This document shows positions 13,061 to 24,249 of a stretch of 64,000 nt of DNA, piece after piece. Under the pieces are notes generated by a model. That model did no database searches and was not told where the DNA came from. It saw only the letters and a program-made list of their open reading frames with translations. Numbering within the stretch: position 1 is the first letter of the stretch; each line of letters opens with the position of its first letter. The stretch is from Marsupella aquatica (lineage: Eukaryota > Plantae > Marchantiophyta). The stretch lies in assembly GCA_973895155.1 (NCBI GenBank), contig OZ316891.1, positions 15,997,037 to 16,061,036 of the forward strand. Direction: 5' to 3'. A program made the translations under genes and the position numbers.

Positions 13061-15285
13061 CAGGGATCGCAATTTCAGCCTCTCACCGACCGGCCGCACT
13101 AGTTGGTTTCCTTGACTATCAACTGATTTCTGTATTCCTTCCACCAACCTGTAGAATATCGGGTCGATCTCTTTCAACAAATTATCATTACTAATATTTA
13201 TATTTAAGCACTTCTTCAGATAACCACTCAACGCATCTCTCAACTGCTTCAGCACCATCTTGTCAAGCTTAAAGCGATCAATCATTCCTTTGACCCGCAA
13301 TTTCCGTGCTGAATCTGTCAGACTTTTCAGCTCCGTTCGGGTGGATGTATCCCCGTTGAGTTTACTCAATAATAAAATCTCAAACTCAACTTTCATCTTC
13401 TTCTTTATACAGAATTGCTCCAAACTCATGCTGGTCGTTGACAACACTGGAGCCTCAGAGGACTTCCTCGCCTTCCCAGATTTCACTTTGATGCTTTGGT
13501 TTTTGAGTATAGACAGTCTTCCGCTCAACATATATTCCGCTGCCTTTCGAAGAACCGAGTCTGAGCACCCTTGACAAGAACGGAACGTCTTCTTCAAAAG
13601 ATGATAAGCACATGGATTATCCACAATTTTGACGGCGCCCCTCTGTAAAATTCCGTTGTAAATTACAAGCTCTCCTATCCTTGATAGTACGTAGACCTCC
13701 ATCCACTTCTTGAATGTTTCGTCCTCCATTGTAAAGAGAAACGGAGCCAATTCTCCAAATTTCATCATTTCGTTCTTCCCCATTTGAGCCCATGGGCAAA
13801 CAAAACTCGTAGCTCTCATAAATACCTGAAAAACAATGGAAACATGACAATTCTAAGATTGACGCGACCGTTCGCGTGAGAAAAATTATAAGCTTGACGC
13901 GATCGTTCGTGTGACAAAAGTTTAAACGATAATGTGATCGAAGAGGGTTATTTATATACCTTCCAATTTGGATGACGATAATGTGATCCAGGCCGCCCAA
14001 ATGAGTTCCAGATATTACGACACTGTCGTACAATGGTGAGAAACTGTCCTTCTTCCATTGATGTTTGATGACAGTGGTTCAGAGCTTTCGATAATCCCAT
14101 CAAATGAACATTATTGTCGTTGTTGAGCGTTGCCCAAAACATTACAGCTTCTACAGTACCGCAAGTGTCTCGTCCAACTTGGCTGACTTTGTCGTCCTCT
14201 TTCAGCAATTTGTACGCCATTATTGTGTGCTAGCCTCCGAGTATCCAAAAATGACTGGTCATAATGTCCTCCTCCTTTGGCGCCGAATCGTAGGGTGCCC
14301 CATTGTAGTCGGGATCTCTGTCGGCCTCCGACTGAACCCACTTCACAGGGACTAAAAAGCAGCATCGCTTTTCAAACTTTATAGCCGAATGAGAGAGGAG
14401 TGAATTCTTTAGCCTATCTGTGTAATCCTGGTTCCACTCTCGGCACTTGATGTGGTCCGGTGCAAGATGACAACGTGATGTCTCAACAAAAAATGACTTG
14501 CTGTTAAATATATTCACAACATTATATTCTTTGAGGAAAGAATCGAACAGAGCCCTGACATTCGCTGAGGTAATTACTTTCGGAAGATTCTCCACCGAGT
14601 ATACTTCAACCTTGGTCACTGGCGGGGCCTTTCCCAAGCGAAATCCCTGGTTGAAAGGAACTCTCTGGAACTCAAGTACATCAATAATGTATTGACAAAT
14701 CAAATCTCCCGTTGATCCCTCTGGATCGGAAGGGTATCCCACACTAGTAACCTTTTCCAAGGCGTGCCTTGCACCTAGAAGATCATCGATTCTGGGCTGA
14801 TTGAAGGTTACATATTGCGTTCGATCCAAACAAATGCTTATTTTGTCCTCCTACTGGTCGTCGCTGACTAGCAGAACCAATCCCTCTGTACACTCTTTAA
14901 CTTTCATGCTCTTCTCAAAGAAACACCCAAGAATTTGTGATCTCTCCAAAACTGTAGCTTTATCATTTTTTGCCACCACAAGACGGACAGCCCCATTGCG
15001 AACAACTATTCCAAAATTGGATATCTCAGTCGATTCAAAGAGATGGATACTCTTTGTCTCCGTTGTTCTCTCTTTGATTGACTTTCCTCGATATGCAAGT
15101 ATGGATGTCTCCGCGGGAGTCATTTTTGTCTTGGCTTTCTTACGAGAAGCAGCTTAAGACGAGTTTTTTTCCCGCTTTGAAGTTCCAGTAGGATCCATTC
15201 TGAAACAGACAAATATTGAAAGTTAAATGTTTATTATAAAATACTAACACACGCATGGTCGTGTCATGCCGAATTACATTTTAGG

Positions 15286-17297
15286 ATGGCAGTGGTGTTC
15301 CCCATGGATCAAAAAGCAGTACGATCCTTCTTGGGCTGTGTAGGGTATTACCGTCAGTTCATTAAAGATTTTGCTAAAATAGCTTTGCCCCTAACAGAGA
15401 TGATGAAAAAGGATGCGGTGATCGAGGAGACCCCAAGGAGACGGGTTGCTTTCGAAGAACTCCGTAAAAGACTCACCACCGCACCTATCATGGTCACTCC
15501 AGACTGGAACAAGGAGTTCCACGTGTATGTCGACGTGTCAGGGTTTTGTATCGGGTTTGTGCTTAGTCAGCTTGATACAGACGGACGCGATCACCCCATC
15601 TACTTCGCTAGCCGACAATTATTCACAGCCGAAAAAAATTATTCCCCCACGGATCGAGAGGCACTGGGCATAATCTACTCATGTAAGAAGTTCCGGCACT
15701 ACCTGCTTGGCTACAAGGTCATCTTCCACACGGATCACGATAGCTTGAAGTACATGGTCAACAAAGCAGACGTAACGGGACGGATAGCCCGTTGCTACTT
15801 CTCCAGGAATTTAACTACAAAGTTCGGGTTCGGCCAGGAAAGGCACACCTCAATGCCGACTTCTTTTCACGGCTGGACGGTGTACCAGTCGATCAGCCAA
15901 TTGATGATATTTTTCCGGATAAGGAGTTGTTCCACGTAGGGGAGGGGACACCAACATGGTATGGCTCGATAATCACCTTCCTTTTAACAGGCTGCATCCC
16001 TAACGACATCAATCAGGAGGCCGCCGCTGTGTTTCTACGGAAAGCCGGGCCTTACGTCATGGTACAGGGTCACCTACATAAGGAAGGAGTTAATGGGAAG
16101 TTACGACGCTGCTTGGAGTATAAGGAGACGCTTATCGTGATGCGGGCCTTGCATGAAGAAGAAGCTGGAGGCCATTTTGCGGCGGTCACGACAGCTCGAA
16201 AGATTCTGGACTCGGGGTATTGGTGGCCAACGTTGCATCGGGATGTACAACGCTTCATTAAGGGCTGTGACCTGTGTCAGCGGGCTGGGGCCCCGAGACG
16301 GGCTCATCATCACCCGCTCACATCTGTGCTCCCATTGGCACCCTTCAAAAAATGGGGAATTGATTATATCGGGCCATTTACTCCCGTTACCCAAAGGCGA
16401 AGATGCAGGTACATCCTACTAGCTATTGATTACTCCACCAAGTGGGTCGAAGCACGGGCTACGGTAAAGGACGATGCCGCAACCAGTGCCAGATTCTTAT
16501 ATGAACAGATTTTCACCCGATTCGGCCCGCCCTTAGAATTGGTAAGCGACCGTGGAACCCACTTCCTCAATGACACCGTAGCCCAGCTTACGGAGCATTA
16601 CCTAGTCAAGCACCGCAAGACTACCCTGTATCATCCTAAAGCCAACGGGATGGCGGAGAGGGCAAATGGTATCATTGGGAAGATCCTCAACAGAACTGTA
16701 GCTGCGCACAAAACGGATTGGGATGATAAGTTGTACGCAGTGGTGTACTCGTATAATCTCGCTTACAAAACTACTACGAGTCACAGCCTGTACTTTCTCG
16801 TGTTCGGCCAACATTCGTTAGTGCCCGTTGAGTTTGAAGTACACACTCCACGAGTCAGCATTCGGGGTCGCTTACCTGAATCTGAAAGTTCGTCAGACCG
16901 AGCTTATCAGATTGAAGCCTTGGAAGAAGCACGGCTACTAGCAGCTCGACATGCCGTGAAGAAACAGGCAACTTCGAAGAAGCAGCACGACAAAGGACTA
17001 CGGAGGGTCGACGTCGTGGCAGGCGATCTAGTCCTTCTGTACGATAGTAGGTACATGCAGTTTCTAGGGAAGCTTCATACCCGGTGGTTAGGGCCCTTCC
17101 TTGTCAATCAGATCTACCGTAACGGATCTTTGGAGCTTGCGACGTATGCCGGCAATTTACTCCCCACGCGAATCAGCTACGATCGTGTAAAAAAGTACCA
17201 CCATCAAGATGACGCCGCCGAGAGTGATGTTCGCGAGGACGCTTCACAATTAAGCGGGGAGCTATGTGACGCCGCCGGTACGGCGGTTAATGAGTGA
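15286..17297 (+). pseudogene. Gypsy pol fragment (RNase H + integrase), frameshift near 15795
   Basis: VRSFLG..GYYR, VYVDVS, YSPTDREALGI, HTDH; HHCC finger (H..GGH..CDLCQ), KWGIDYIGP, SDRGTHF, PKANGMAER, WLGPF. Confidence 0.93.
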
Positions 17298-17621
17298 TTC
17301 GGTCTAACTGCGCTTGGCACGCGCGTTAGGAGTGTCTTAGACCGCTATTATTAGCATAATGACAGTATTTAGGTAATCATTATGGGTAGGATATCATTAG
17401 GCAATAAGGGGGGATTCAGGTTCGGACTGGCGGTTGGTCGCTATTCGCACACCCGGGTTACGAGCGTGGAGGGGCCCCTCCCTCGGGCCCGTATAACGAA
17501 CTTAAGGAAGCGGCCACTGACACGCGCTGACTTAGACCGGCGGAGTGGCCGGCACACCACAAGCGTGAGCGGTTCAGCCTATGGGCGTCGAGGAGACGTC
17601 GGGGGATCGACAAGCCCTCAA

Positions 17622-17632
17622 GGTATAAAAGG
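17622..17632 (+). promoter_or_regulatory. LTR TATA box
   Basis: GGTATAAAAGG, conserved as GGATATAAAAGG near 31780 in copy 2, about 110 bp upstream of the conserved ATG. Confidence 0.55.
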
Positions 17633-17731
17633 GGAGCCAACCCTTTGTAGTGCACCAGTCCATCAGTCCACGCGCCAGCTTCGACCCCAGCTCTCTCGTT
17701 CGCTCTAAGTCGCCACTACTATCTCCCCTGA

Positions 17732-20367
17732 ATGTCGCACATGATCCTCTCCAGCTCGGCCATTCAATTATGGACGCAGTTCCTATCTACCGGAAGGCAC
17801 TTGGCCGACTCATTGAAACACGCCAACCCGCGCCGATACGAAATCGAACGCGAGTACGAGAGACCCATCCGCCTAGCAGGACGACACCACTACATCCTTA
17901 ACTTTGACTACCCGTCTCAGAGCGAGCTTTACCAACCTGCAGAGGTATCCGGGTACTTCTTCAACGGAGACAAATATATCGGGTTCTGGGAAGCATTGCT
18001 TCGGCTTCCGGATGAGGTCTTCAATATCCCGGGTACGATCGACTTGCAGCGACATCACTTCGACCACATCCCTGCTCAGGTTCGGGCTATCATCAACAGT
18101 GAGTCCAGCACTACCCGTTCGACAAGGTCGTCTGCACTCACTTCGGAGAACTTCTACCAGCACCTACAGAGTTTCATAGTAACTCGGCCAGCAACCAACA
18201 TGACCAACTCAGTCGTACCCGTACCCGTACCCATACAACCTCAGGCTCAGCTTCAGCTTCAGCCTCAGCCGCAGCCTAGCCAAACCCCACCACCGATCGC
18301 CCAGCCAGCACAAGTACGCTCCGTCATCAACGTTGTGGATCTTAGCGATGACGACGAGGCTACCCTACCCTTGACCAGGCGGCCCAGAGGAGCAAGCGCT
18401 TAGGGGGCCAACACTATATCGTCCCCACCCCCTGCTCTGACCCCAGGAGCGGCCCCGGCAGACAACATGGTGACCGTGGCCGACCCGGGCCCGTTACGAA
18501 CGGCAGTGGCACTACCCAGGCCCGATCGGGAGGATGGGGAGGTGTCACCTTCCCCGAGCCAGTCACGGGGGAAGAAGAGGAAGGAATCCGCCACTGCATC
18601 CGGGTTACCGTTGGCCACGGTAGCCTGGCCAAGGTGACGATGCACCGCATGGGGGAAAACGTTCACAAAAACATCCTCCATCCCAAGCATGCGGTGTACC
18701 TAAAGACTCAGGGATTCGAGCACCTCGCCTCCCTCCCCTGGAACACTTGCAGGTACTACAGGGAGGACATGACGGAGTTCGTCAGGAATTATGACGACAC
18801 GCGTCAACATACTCGGCTGCGGGGAAGGAGTATGTCCCTCACGGAAGAACGGCTCAGGATGATCTTCGGGTTACCCGAAGGTGACCATCGAGTTGAATCA
18901 CGGGCTCCCGTGGGCAAGGGAGCCAAGTACCAATCTTCAAGTTTTCCCTCAGAGGGAGCAGTGGACAACGGGTTCGTGATGAAGACCTGCCTCATCCCCG
19001 AGATAGCTGAGCGACTGCAGTTCCAGAGGTACGCCCTCCACATGATGGAACCCCGGGGAGAGATCTCCGCCGCCCAGGTTATCCAGGTCGAGAACTATCG
19101 ACCTAGGAGGTGGGCGTCGTACTTCGCTAAGAAATTCCATGAAGAGATGGAGCGGCGAAGGAAGACGCTGTACATTGGCAGGAAGGCGTATTTTGCTAGC
19201 CACATCGAGATCATTCTTGAGTGGTATGCCCGGTTTGATCGACGAACCCTTCCCCGTGTCAACGTTACAAAACTGGTCCCAGCTAGGTGGGTTTTCCCGG
19301 CCTTGGAGAGGCGGCCCCAACCCGAGGCCCGAAGTCCAGCGAACACGCCAGCTTCACTCACCCCACCTCCACAAGTAGCTGTAGTTGTAACCGAGGAGGT
19401 ACCGGATGGGTCGGGCGTCGCAACCGTTGATGCGACCCCACAGGCCGGGCTAAGTACCGAAGTCGGTACGGTGGAGGTCTTACCCGAACCCGGTTCTCCT
19501 AAAGACCCACCGGTGGCTATTCCCGAGAACCGGACATTGCTACAGGAGGACGCTCCAGCCCCTTCCAACATTACGTCCCCAGGGCTGGACGTCACTGCCC
19601 CAGCCCCCGCGCGTGTTGACGTCTGCCCATGCCCAACTCCGGACAGATACAACTTGGACCACCCGGAACTCTTCGTACCGGGTACATTTCTGAACGGGCT
19701 TCTGGGAGAATTCTCTCATCAGATTGCCCGGGATACCGGGGAGTTCATGGCCCGGAAGGTAGCCTATTTCTTCAATCAGGAGTTGGTTGCCGTAGTAAAG
19801 GCAGGTCGGGCCCAGTCAAAGGCCCTTCAGAGGATAGAGCGATACCGGGTGGAGTCCGTGTACCTAAAGAACAAAGTTGCGGCTCAAGAGGCTGAGCTTC
19901 GGCAACTACGACCCAAGGTTGCAGCCGCCGATGAGCTGTTAGCAAAGGTGCACGCTCTTACCGCCCTAGCCGAACAGGCCAAAGCTAGGAACGAGGCCGA
20001 GATTACACGACTCAGGAACCAGATTGATAGTTTGAAGAATCAAACTGTCACCTGGCAGAAAGACCTGGAGGAGGCCGAGGAACGGGCCCAATAGGACACG
20101 GCGGAGATAGCCACGCTGTAGGCCGAGGTGGCGCGGCTCCAAACCGAGGCCGAGAAGCAGGACCAGCTGGCGGGTAAATTGACAAGTGACGCCCAGCAGC
20201 TGGAGGAGGCTTGTCAGGAGGCAGCAGAGGAGACAGACGCGGCGAGGCAAGAGAACAAATCTCTGCTGAACCAGGTCCAGCTCCTCAAGGCGGACAATGA
20301 CAGGCTTCGAAGGCAGCGGGATGGCCGCTCCCATTCGGGCGGCTCTGGCAAGCGTGCTAGGCATTAG
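17732..20367 (+). pseudogene. LTR-embedded protein of about 870 aa: plant transposon protein/PMD-like domain, Pro-rich linker, C-terminal coiled coil
   Basis: One reading frame broken by TAG codons at 18401, 20092 and 20119 and a 1-nt deletion near 18624 (intact in copy 2). Motif GFEHLASLPW...EFVRNY...LRGRSMSLTEERLRMIFGLP. Confidence 0.75.
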
Positions 20368-21329
20368 CAGCAGAGTAGGAATAGATTAGGATTAGGACGG
20401 GCTTAGTCAGGCTCTTGGGACAGGCACCTGCCTTAGGTACAGCAGCGCTGCCGTGTTGTCCAGCCTGCGTAGATTAGGATCTTCTAATAAGACACAGCCG
20501 TTTTCCGGCCTGACTATCAGCTTAGTTAGGACCTTAGTCAGCGAATCTTCGGCGAGAGGACACCCCATCCCTCGTCCCTTAGTATTTAGTGCACCCCTCG
20601 GTAGAGGCCCACGGGGTTTTTAGTTGCAAAGTTGGGCGTCCGCGGTATGTGCGGGGAGTCCCGACCTCTAGGAATGAAAGAGTACCAAGGGGAGGGGGTA
20701 GGACTAAGCTCGCCGGGCGAGTGTGGAGCCGGGCTCCATTGTAGTGTGCACCATCGGCCTTGAACCTGTTCATTCCGGGGCTGTCGGGTCAACTAAGTGT
20801 ACGCATATGTTCCCTTTGCAGTAAAATCCTTTCCCATCATTTTCCTTTGTGTAAATCGAGATTGTATGCATGTGCGCATGTATGTGTGTGGGTTTCTCGT
20901 ATATGGGTGGCAGCGCCAGGCCGAACGCACTACCCGAGACGTGCACAGGGTGCAGCCTGCGGGTAAGTGGTTGCGAGCACGGGTTGAGGACCTGTATCAT
21001 CAAATCCGGATTGAAGGCGGATAGCACGAAGGCTTAGAAGCCCTTAAGCCAGGGTCGATCCTGTTATCAACTAAGATACGTTCCGGCGGCGGAACACAAA
21101 CCATACCTAGGAGGTGTCCATATTTAGCAGTATGCGCACTTAGCGCTAGTTTACGAGAGTAAGGTGCATTACGTGCTTCCCTTCCTGCCCGAACCACCAG
21201 ATTTACGAGGGATGTGACCGTCTAAGCTGAAGTCTGAGTTAAGGCCGCAGCCGATGACGTGACAATAAACAATTCTTTGAGAGACTGTGATTTTTTGGGG
21301 TCACAACGTGACAAATCATAAATGTTGCT

Positions 21330-21820
21330 TCGTCCTCTAATAGAACCAGTCAATTAAAGAGCTACCTCAAACGCGACTGGTCGCGTCAACTGATCCTAAA
21401 TGGAACGGTACCTCCTCTAACAAAACCAATCAATGAGAGATCTACCTCAGACGCGACTGGTCGCGTCAACTGATCCTAAATGAAACCTTACCTCCTCTAA
21501 CAGAACTAGTCAATGAGAGATCTACCTCAGACGTGACTAGTCGCGTTAACTGGTCCTAAAAGGAACCTTACCTCCTCTAACAGAACCAGTCAATGAGAGA
21601 GCTACCTCAAACGCGACTGGTCGCGTCAACTGAACCTAAACAACTATATCCACTGAACCTTCCTTGTGGAGATTTGGATATGGTACGCGCTTAGTAAATC
21701 TATCCAGTTTCCTTCTCACACGCGACTGGTCGCGTCAACTGGTCCTAAAAGGAACCTTACCTCCTCTAACAGAACCAGTCAGTGAGAGAGCTACCTCAGA
21801 CGCAACTGGTCGCGTCAACA
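21330..21820. repeat. 80-bp tandem repeat, each unit carrying palindrome B
   Basis: Palindrome recurs at 21371, 21451, 21531 and 21611 (period 80), then at 21720 and 21800. Confidence 0.92.
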
Positions 21821-22926
21821 GCTCAAACAACTTTTGGACACTAGGATAATACAGTGATACAACTGTGATTACTGACCCGAACGGACAAGGAAATCCGAGT
21901 AAGCATGATTTCATTCATTTGTATTCATTCATGAACTTTACAATAATTCAGATGTTTGAGCTCTGTCATTGTGAAACTATTATATATCAGAAGTTTAGAG
22001 AATGATTCAGCTAAGATGATTCAATTTAGCAGTCTACTGGTTGTATTCATCAATTAAAGGATTCAGTGTAATGAGATTCACATAACATGAGAGTTTATAT
22101 GATTAAATTCACAGCGTGCAAGTTTGTAATGACTTACTTAAGACGATTCAGGTTGTATTTTAATTAGTGAGTTTGTATGATTCAGACATATTTGAGTTTA
22201 TAGACAAACCGCATTATGAAAACTCAGCTTAACAATCAAGAGAAATTTTAGCAAACAACAATCAACACCAGCAGAAAATGTAGAAATTGCACCTGAATTC
22301 TGAAAAATTGATGTAATCGTCTGAGAGATTGACGTCCAAGCACTTGAAGACCTTGCTGCGGCATTCCAGAAAGTAAATATAAGATTGAAGATATTAATAT
22401 GCTAAGCAACAACAACACAACTTCTATACTTCTATACATAGAGCTTCGCTGCCACCAATTGAATAACATGTGCTTAATGCTAAGGAACTCATTATGTCGA
22501 GTTAGAAAGACTCTTTCAAAAGTACAATCAAAGCTGTCGATAGACAAACTGAGCATGAATAAAAGCGCACTAAACCTGAAGATTGAAAGAGGTGAAACAA
22601 ACCTGAATGATGAATGGAAGGAGCTTAAACAAGCTGCCAAAAAGTAGTTTGAGTTGCTGAAACACGTTGATCGAGCTGATATGAGCTTAAAATTGGCTGA
22701 CACGAGCTGATACGAGCACTCCCAAAAAACTAGCTGCAACGAACCCAACGGGCTCCTAAGAATCCCTTCGAGCAAACTAGAAGTGAATACGAGCTGTAAA
22801 TGCAAGCTGCAATGCGCCAACAAGCTCCTGGTCGAAACGATCGACAACTACTAAGAGCTGCAACGCGCCGACAAGCACCTGACCACAACGAACGAGCTGC
22901 AACAACAAAAATGAAATCCAGGGCAG

Positions 22927-23200
22927 GAGCGAGAGTGAGAGCGACAAGAGCGAGAGCGAGAGCGACAAGAGCGAGAGCGACAAGAGCGAGAGCGACAAGA
23001 GCGAGAGCGACAAGAGCGAGAGCGACAAGAGCGAGAGCGACAAGAGCGAGAGCGACAAGAGCGAGAGCGACAAGAGCGAGAGCGACAAGAGCGAGAGCGA
23101 CGAGAGCAAGAGTGAGAGTGACAAGAGCGAGAGCGACGAGAGCAAGAGTGAGAGTGACAAGAGCGAGAGTGATAAGAGCGAGAGCGAGAGCGACGAGAGC
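22927..23200. repeat. 15-bp tandem repeat (GCGACAAGAGCGAGA)n
   Basis: About 18 directly visible units. Confidence 0.93.
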
Positions 23201-23873
23201 AGGCGCACGAAAGTCTAGGGAGCGAGAAACAACAACAATGAACAGTGAACTCAAGACCGTGGGCGCCGACACTAAGGAAGGACTAATTAGGGTATTGTTT
23301 TAGCATAACCCTAATAACAGCCTAGCGACAGGAAGGTTCCAGATGATCTCCGTACACTCCACCATCGACTCAACAAACTATGCAATCATGAAAAAAAGAT
23401 TACCGGATTCCTTTTGATTTGCCGTACTAAAGGAGATTTCTATTTGATCGCCAATTTGAAATTTAAACCGGTAATTATGCAACTGCAAAAGATTGTTAGT
23501 GGGGGGATCCGGATCCGTATCTTCACTATATCTACCAATTCAAATCCAAAATGTGAACGAACGACAACTTTCTCACGATCGTTCCATCACGTAGTGGAGG
23601 CAAACTTCAAAATCATTCCATTTTGGTAGTGGAGACCGTCGGATCCGGATCCGTACTCCACTCTCTATCTTGCCAATTCAAACCCAAACTCTAAACAACG
23701 TAAAACGATTCTCACGGTTGGGGAGAACCGATATTCAAAATCAATCCTGTACAATGATTCTCACGACTGGAGACTCAACCAATTTTCAAAATCAAAATTG
23801 AGTCCAAATGAACACATCCTTCATGGAGTCAATAAATTGATCTCATTGCTCACGGATCATTCTTCATTTTCAG

Positions 23874-24245
23874 TTTCTCCTGACCAGGATACTAGCTGGG
23901 CTCTCAGCGGAGGCTGATCCAAGGCACATTTGAGGTGGAGCAGATTGGATCATTCGACTATTCCAGTCGGAGGCGGAGCTCATTCAAGCAATGTTGGCGC
24001 AGTTCTTGTTGTATCACCTTCAATCTTGGGGAGAGCACATCCGATCAAGCGAGAGAGTTGCGACGAAGCGAGACGACAAAGATTTAGAACCTCCATAGTC
24101 TGCCTCATTCATCGAAGCATTCTAGCGGACCAACAAAGAGTGGCTATTCTGAAATCACTGTCTGGTCGAGGATTTTGATCTTGATACGATCAACAAGTTG
24201 TCATTCTCTGGTGGTGGGATTCGGTCACGATACTCAAGGAAATTG
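23874..24245 (+). pseudogene. Decayed coding exon of unknown product, cut off by the chromovirus LTR
   Basis: After a TTTTCAG acceptor, the frame FLLTRILAGLSAEADPRHI*GGADWIIRLFQSEAELIQAMLAQFLLYHLQSWGEHIR... looks protein-like, and its four stops are all explicable as C>T changes. Confidence 0.35.
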
Positions 24246-24249
24246 GAGT

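Larger units (their letters stand above)
8169..15198 (-). pseudogene. Giant multidomain gene: ParB-like / amino-MTase-like / acidic + EKA coiled coil / ULP1 (C48) protease / FCP1-NIF HAD phosphatase-like
   Basis: ATG at 15198. Frame-preserving GT-AG introns at 13959-13826, 12520-12421, 12098-11971, 10100-9950 and 9160-9075. Neighbouring ORFs are in frame across single TAG/TAA codons (e.g. 14851, 14230, 13058, 8940). Two frameshifts near 10950 and 10695. Confidence 0.7.
15280..21264 (+). mobile_element. 5'-truncated Ty3/Gypsy (non-chromovirus, Athila/Tat-like integrase) with a 4-kb 3' LTR; family A copy 1
   Basis: RT-connection/RNase H and integrase, then a PPT (AAGCGGGGAG, 17252) and an LTR from TGTGACG (17265) to CGTGACA (21264). 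No TSD because the 5' part is missing. Confidence 0.85.
17265..21264 (+). repeat. LTR of family A (4000 bp) containing a gene
   Basis: Begins directly after the PPT, has imperfect terminal inverted repeats TGTGACGCC / GACGTGACA, and is colinear with 31425-35393 with the same end points. Confidence 0.8.
8085..21815. repeat. Dispersed palindrome B, ACGCGACNNGTCGCGT (about 13 copies)
   Basis: Copies at 8085, 9109, 12006, 12045, 13862, 13897, 15249 (degenerate), 21371, 21451, 21531, 21611, 21720 and 21800. Confidence 0.88.
1..24249. mobile_element. Large multi-gene MULE-like (VANDAL/Kaonashi-like) DNA transposon unit; ends not resolved, interrupted by a Gypsy fragment at about 15280-21264
   Basis: DDE/SWIM transposase, ULP1-containing gene and other cargo genes are clustered and share dispersed palindromes. 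No TIR or TSD was found, so the boundaries are approximate and the unit runs off the left edge. Confidence 0.6.

Noticed and set aside
1-15200. Bacterial, plasmid or phage contamination suggested by ParB-like genes and palindromes
   Set aside because: Spliceosomal introns, ULP1/SWIM domains and continuity with plant retroelements show it is eukaryotic nuclear DNA.
17732-20367. Retroviral env gene
   Set aside because: No signal peptide or transmembrane segment is visible, and the ORF lies downstream of the PPT, inside the LTR.
15262-21264. Intact TGTCA...TGACA element
   Set aside because: The flanks (GGTCG and ATAAA) are not a TSD, and the left TGTCA belongs to a degenerate palindrome B.
21330-21820. 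CRISPR-like array (palindromic repeat at regular spacing)
   Set aside because: The intervening sequences are copies of each other (an 80-bp tandem repeat), there are no cas genes, and the context is eukaryotic.
22730-23303. ALVAL / LSLSL / RATRA ORFs as membrane or basic proteins
   Set aside because: Artefacts of a stop-free 15-bp tandem repeat.
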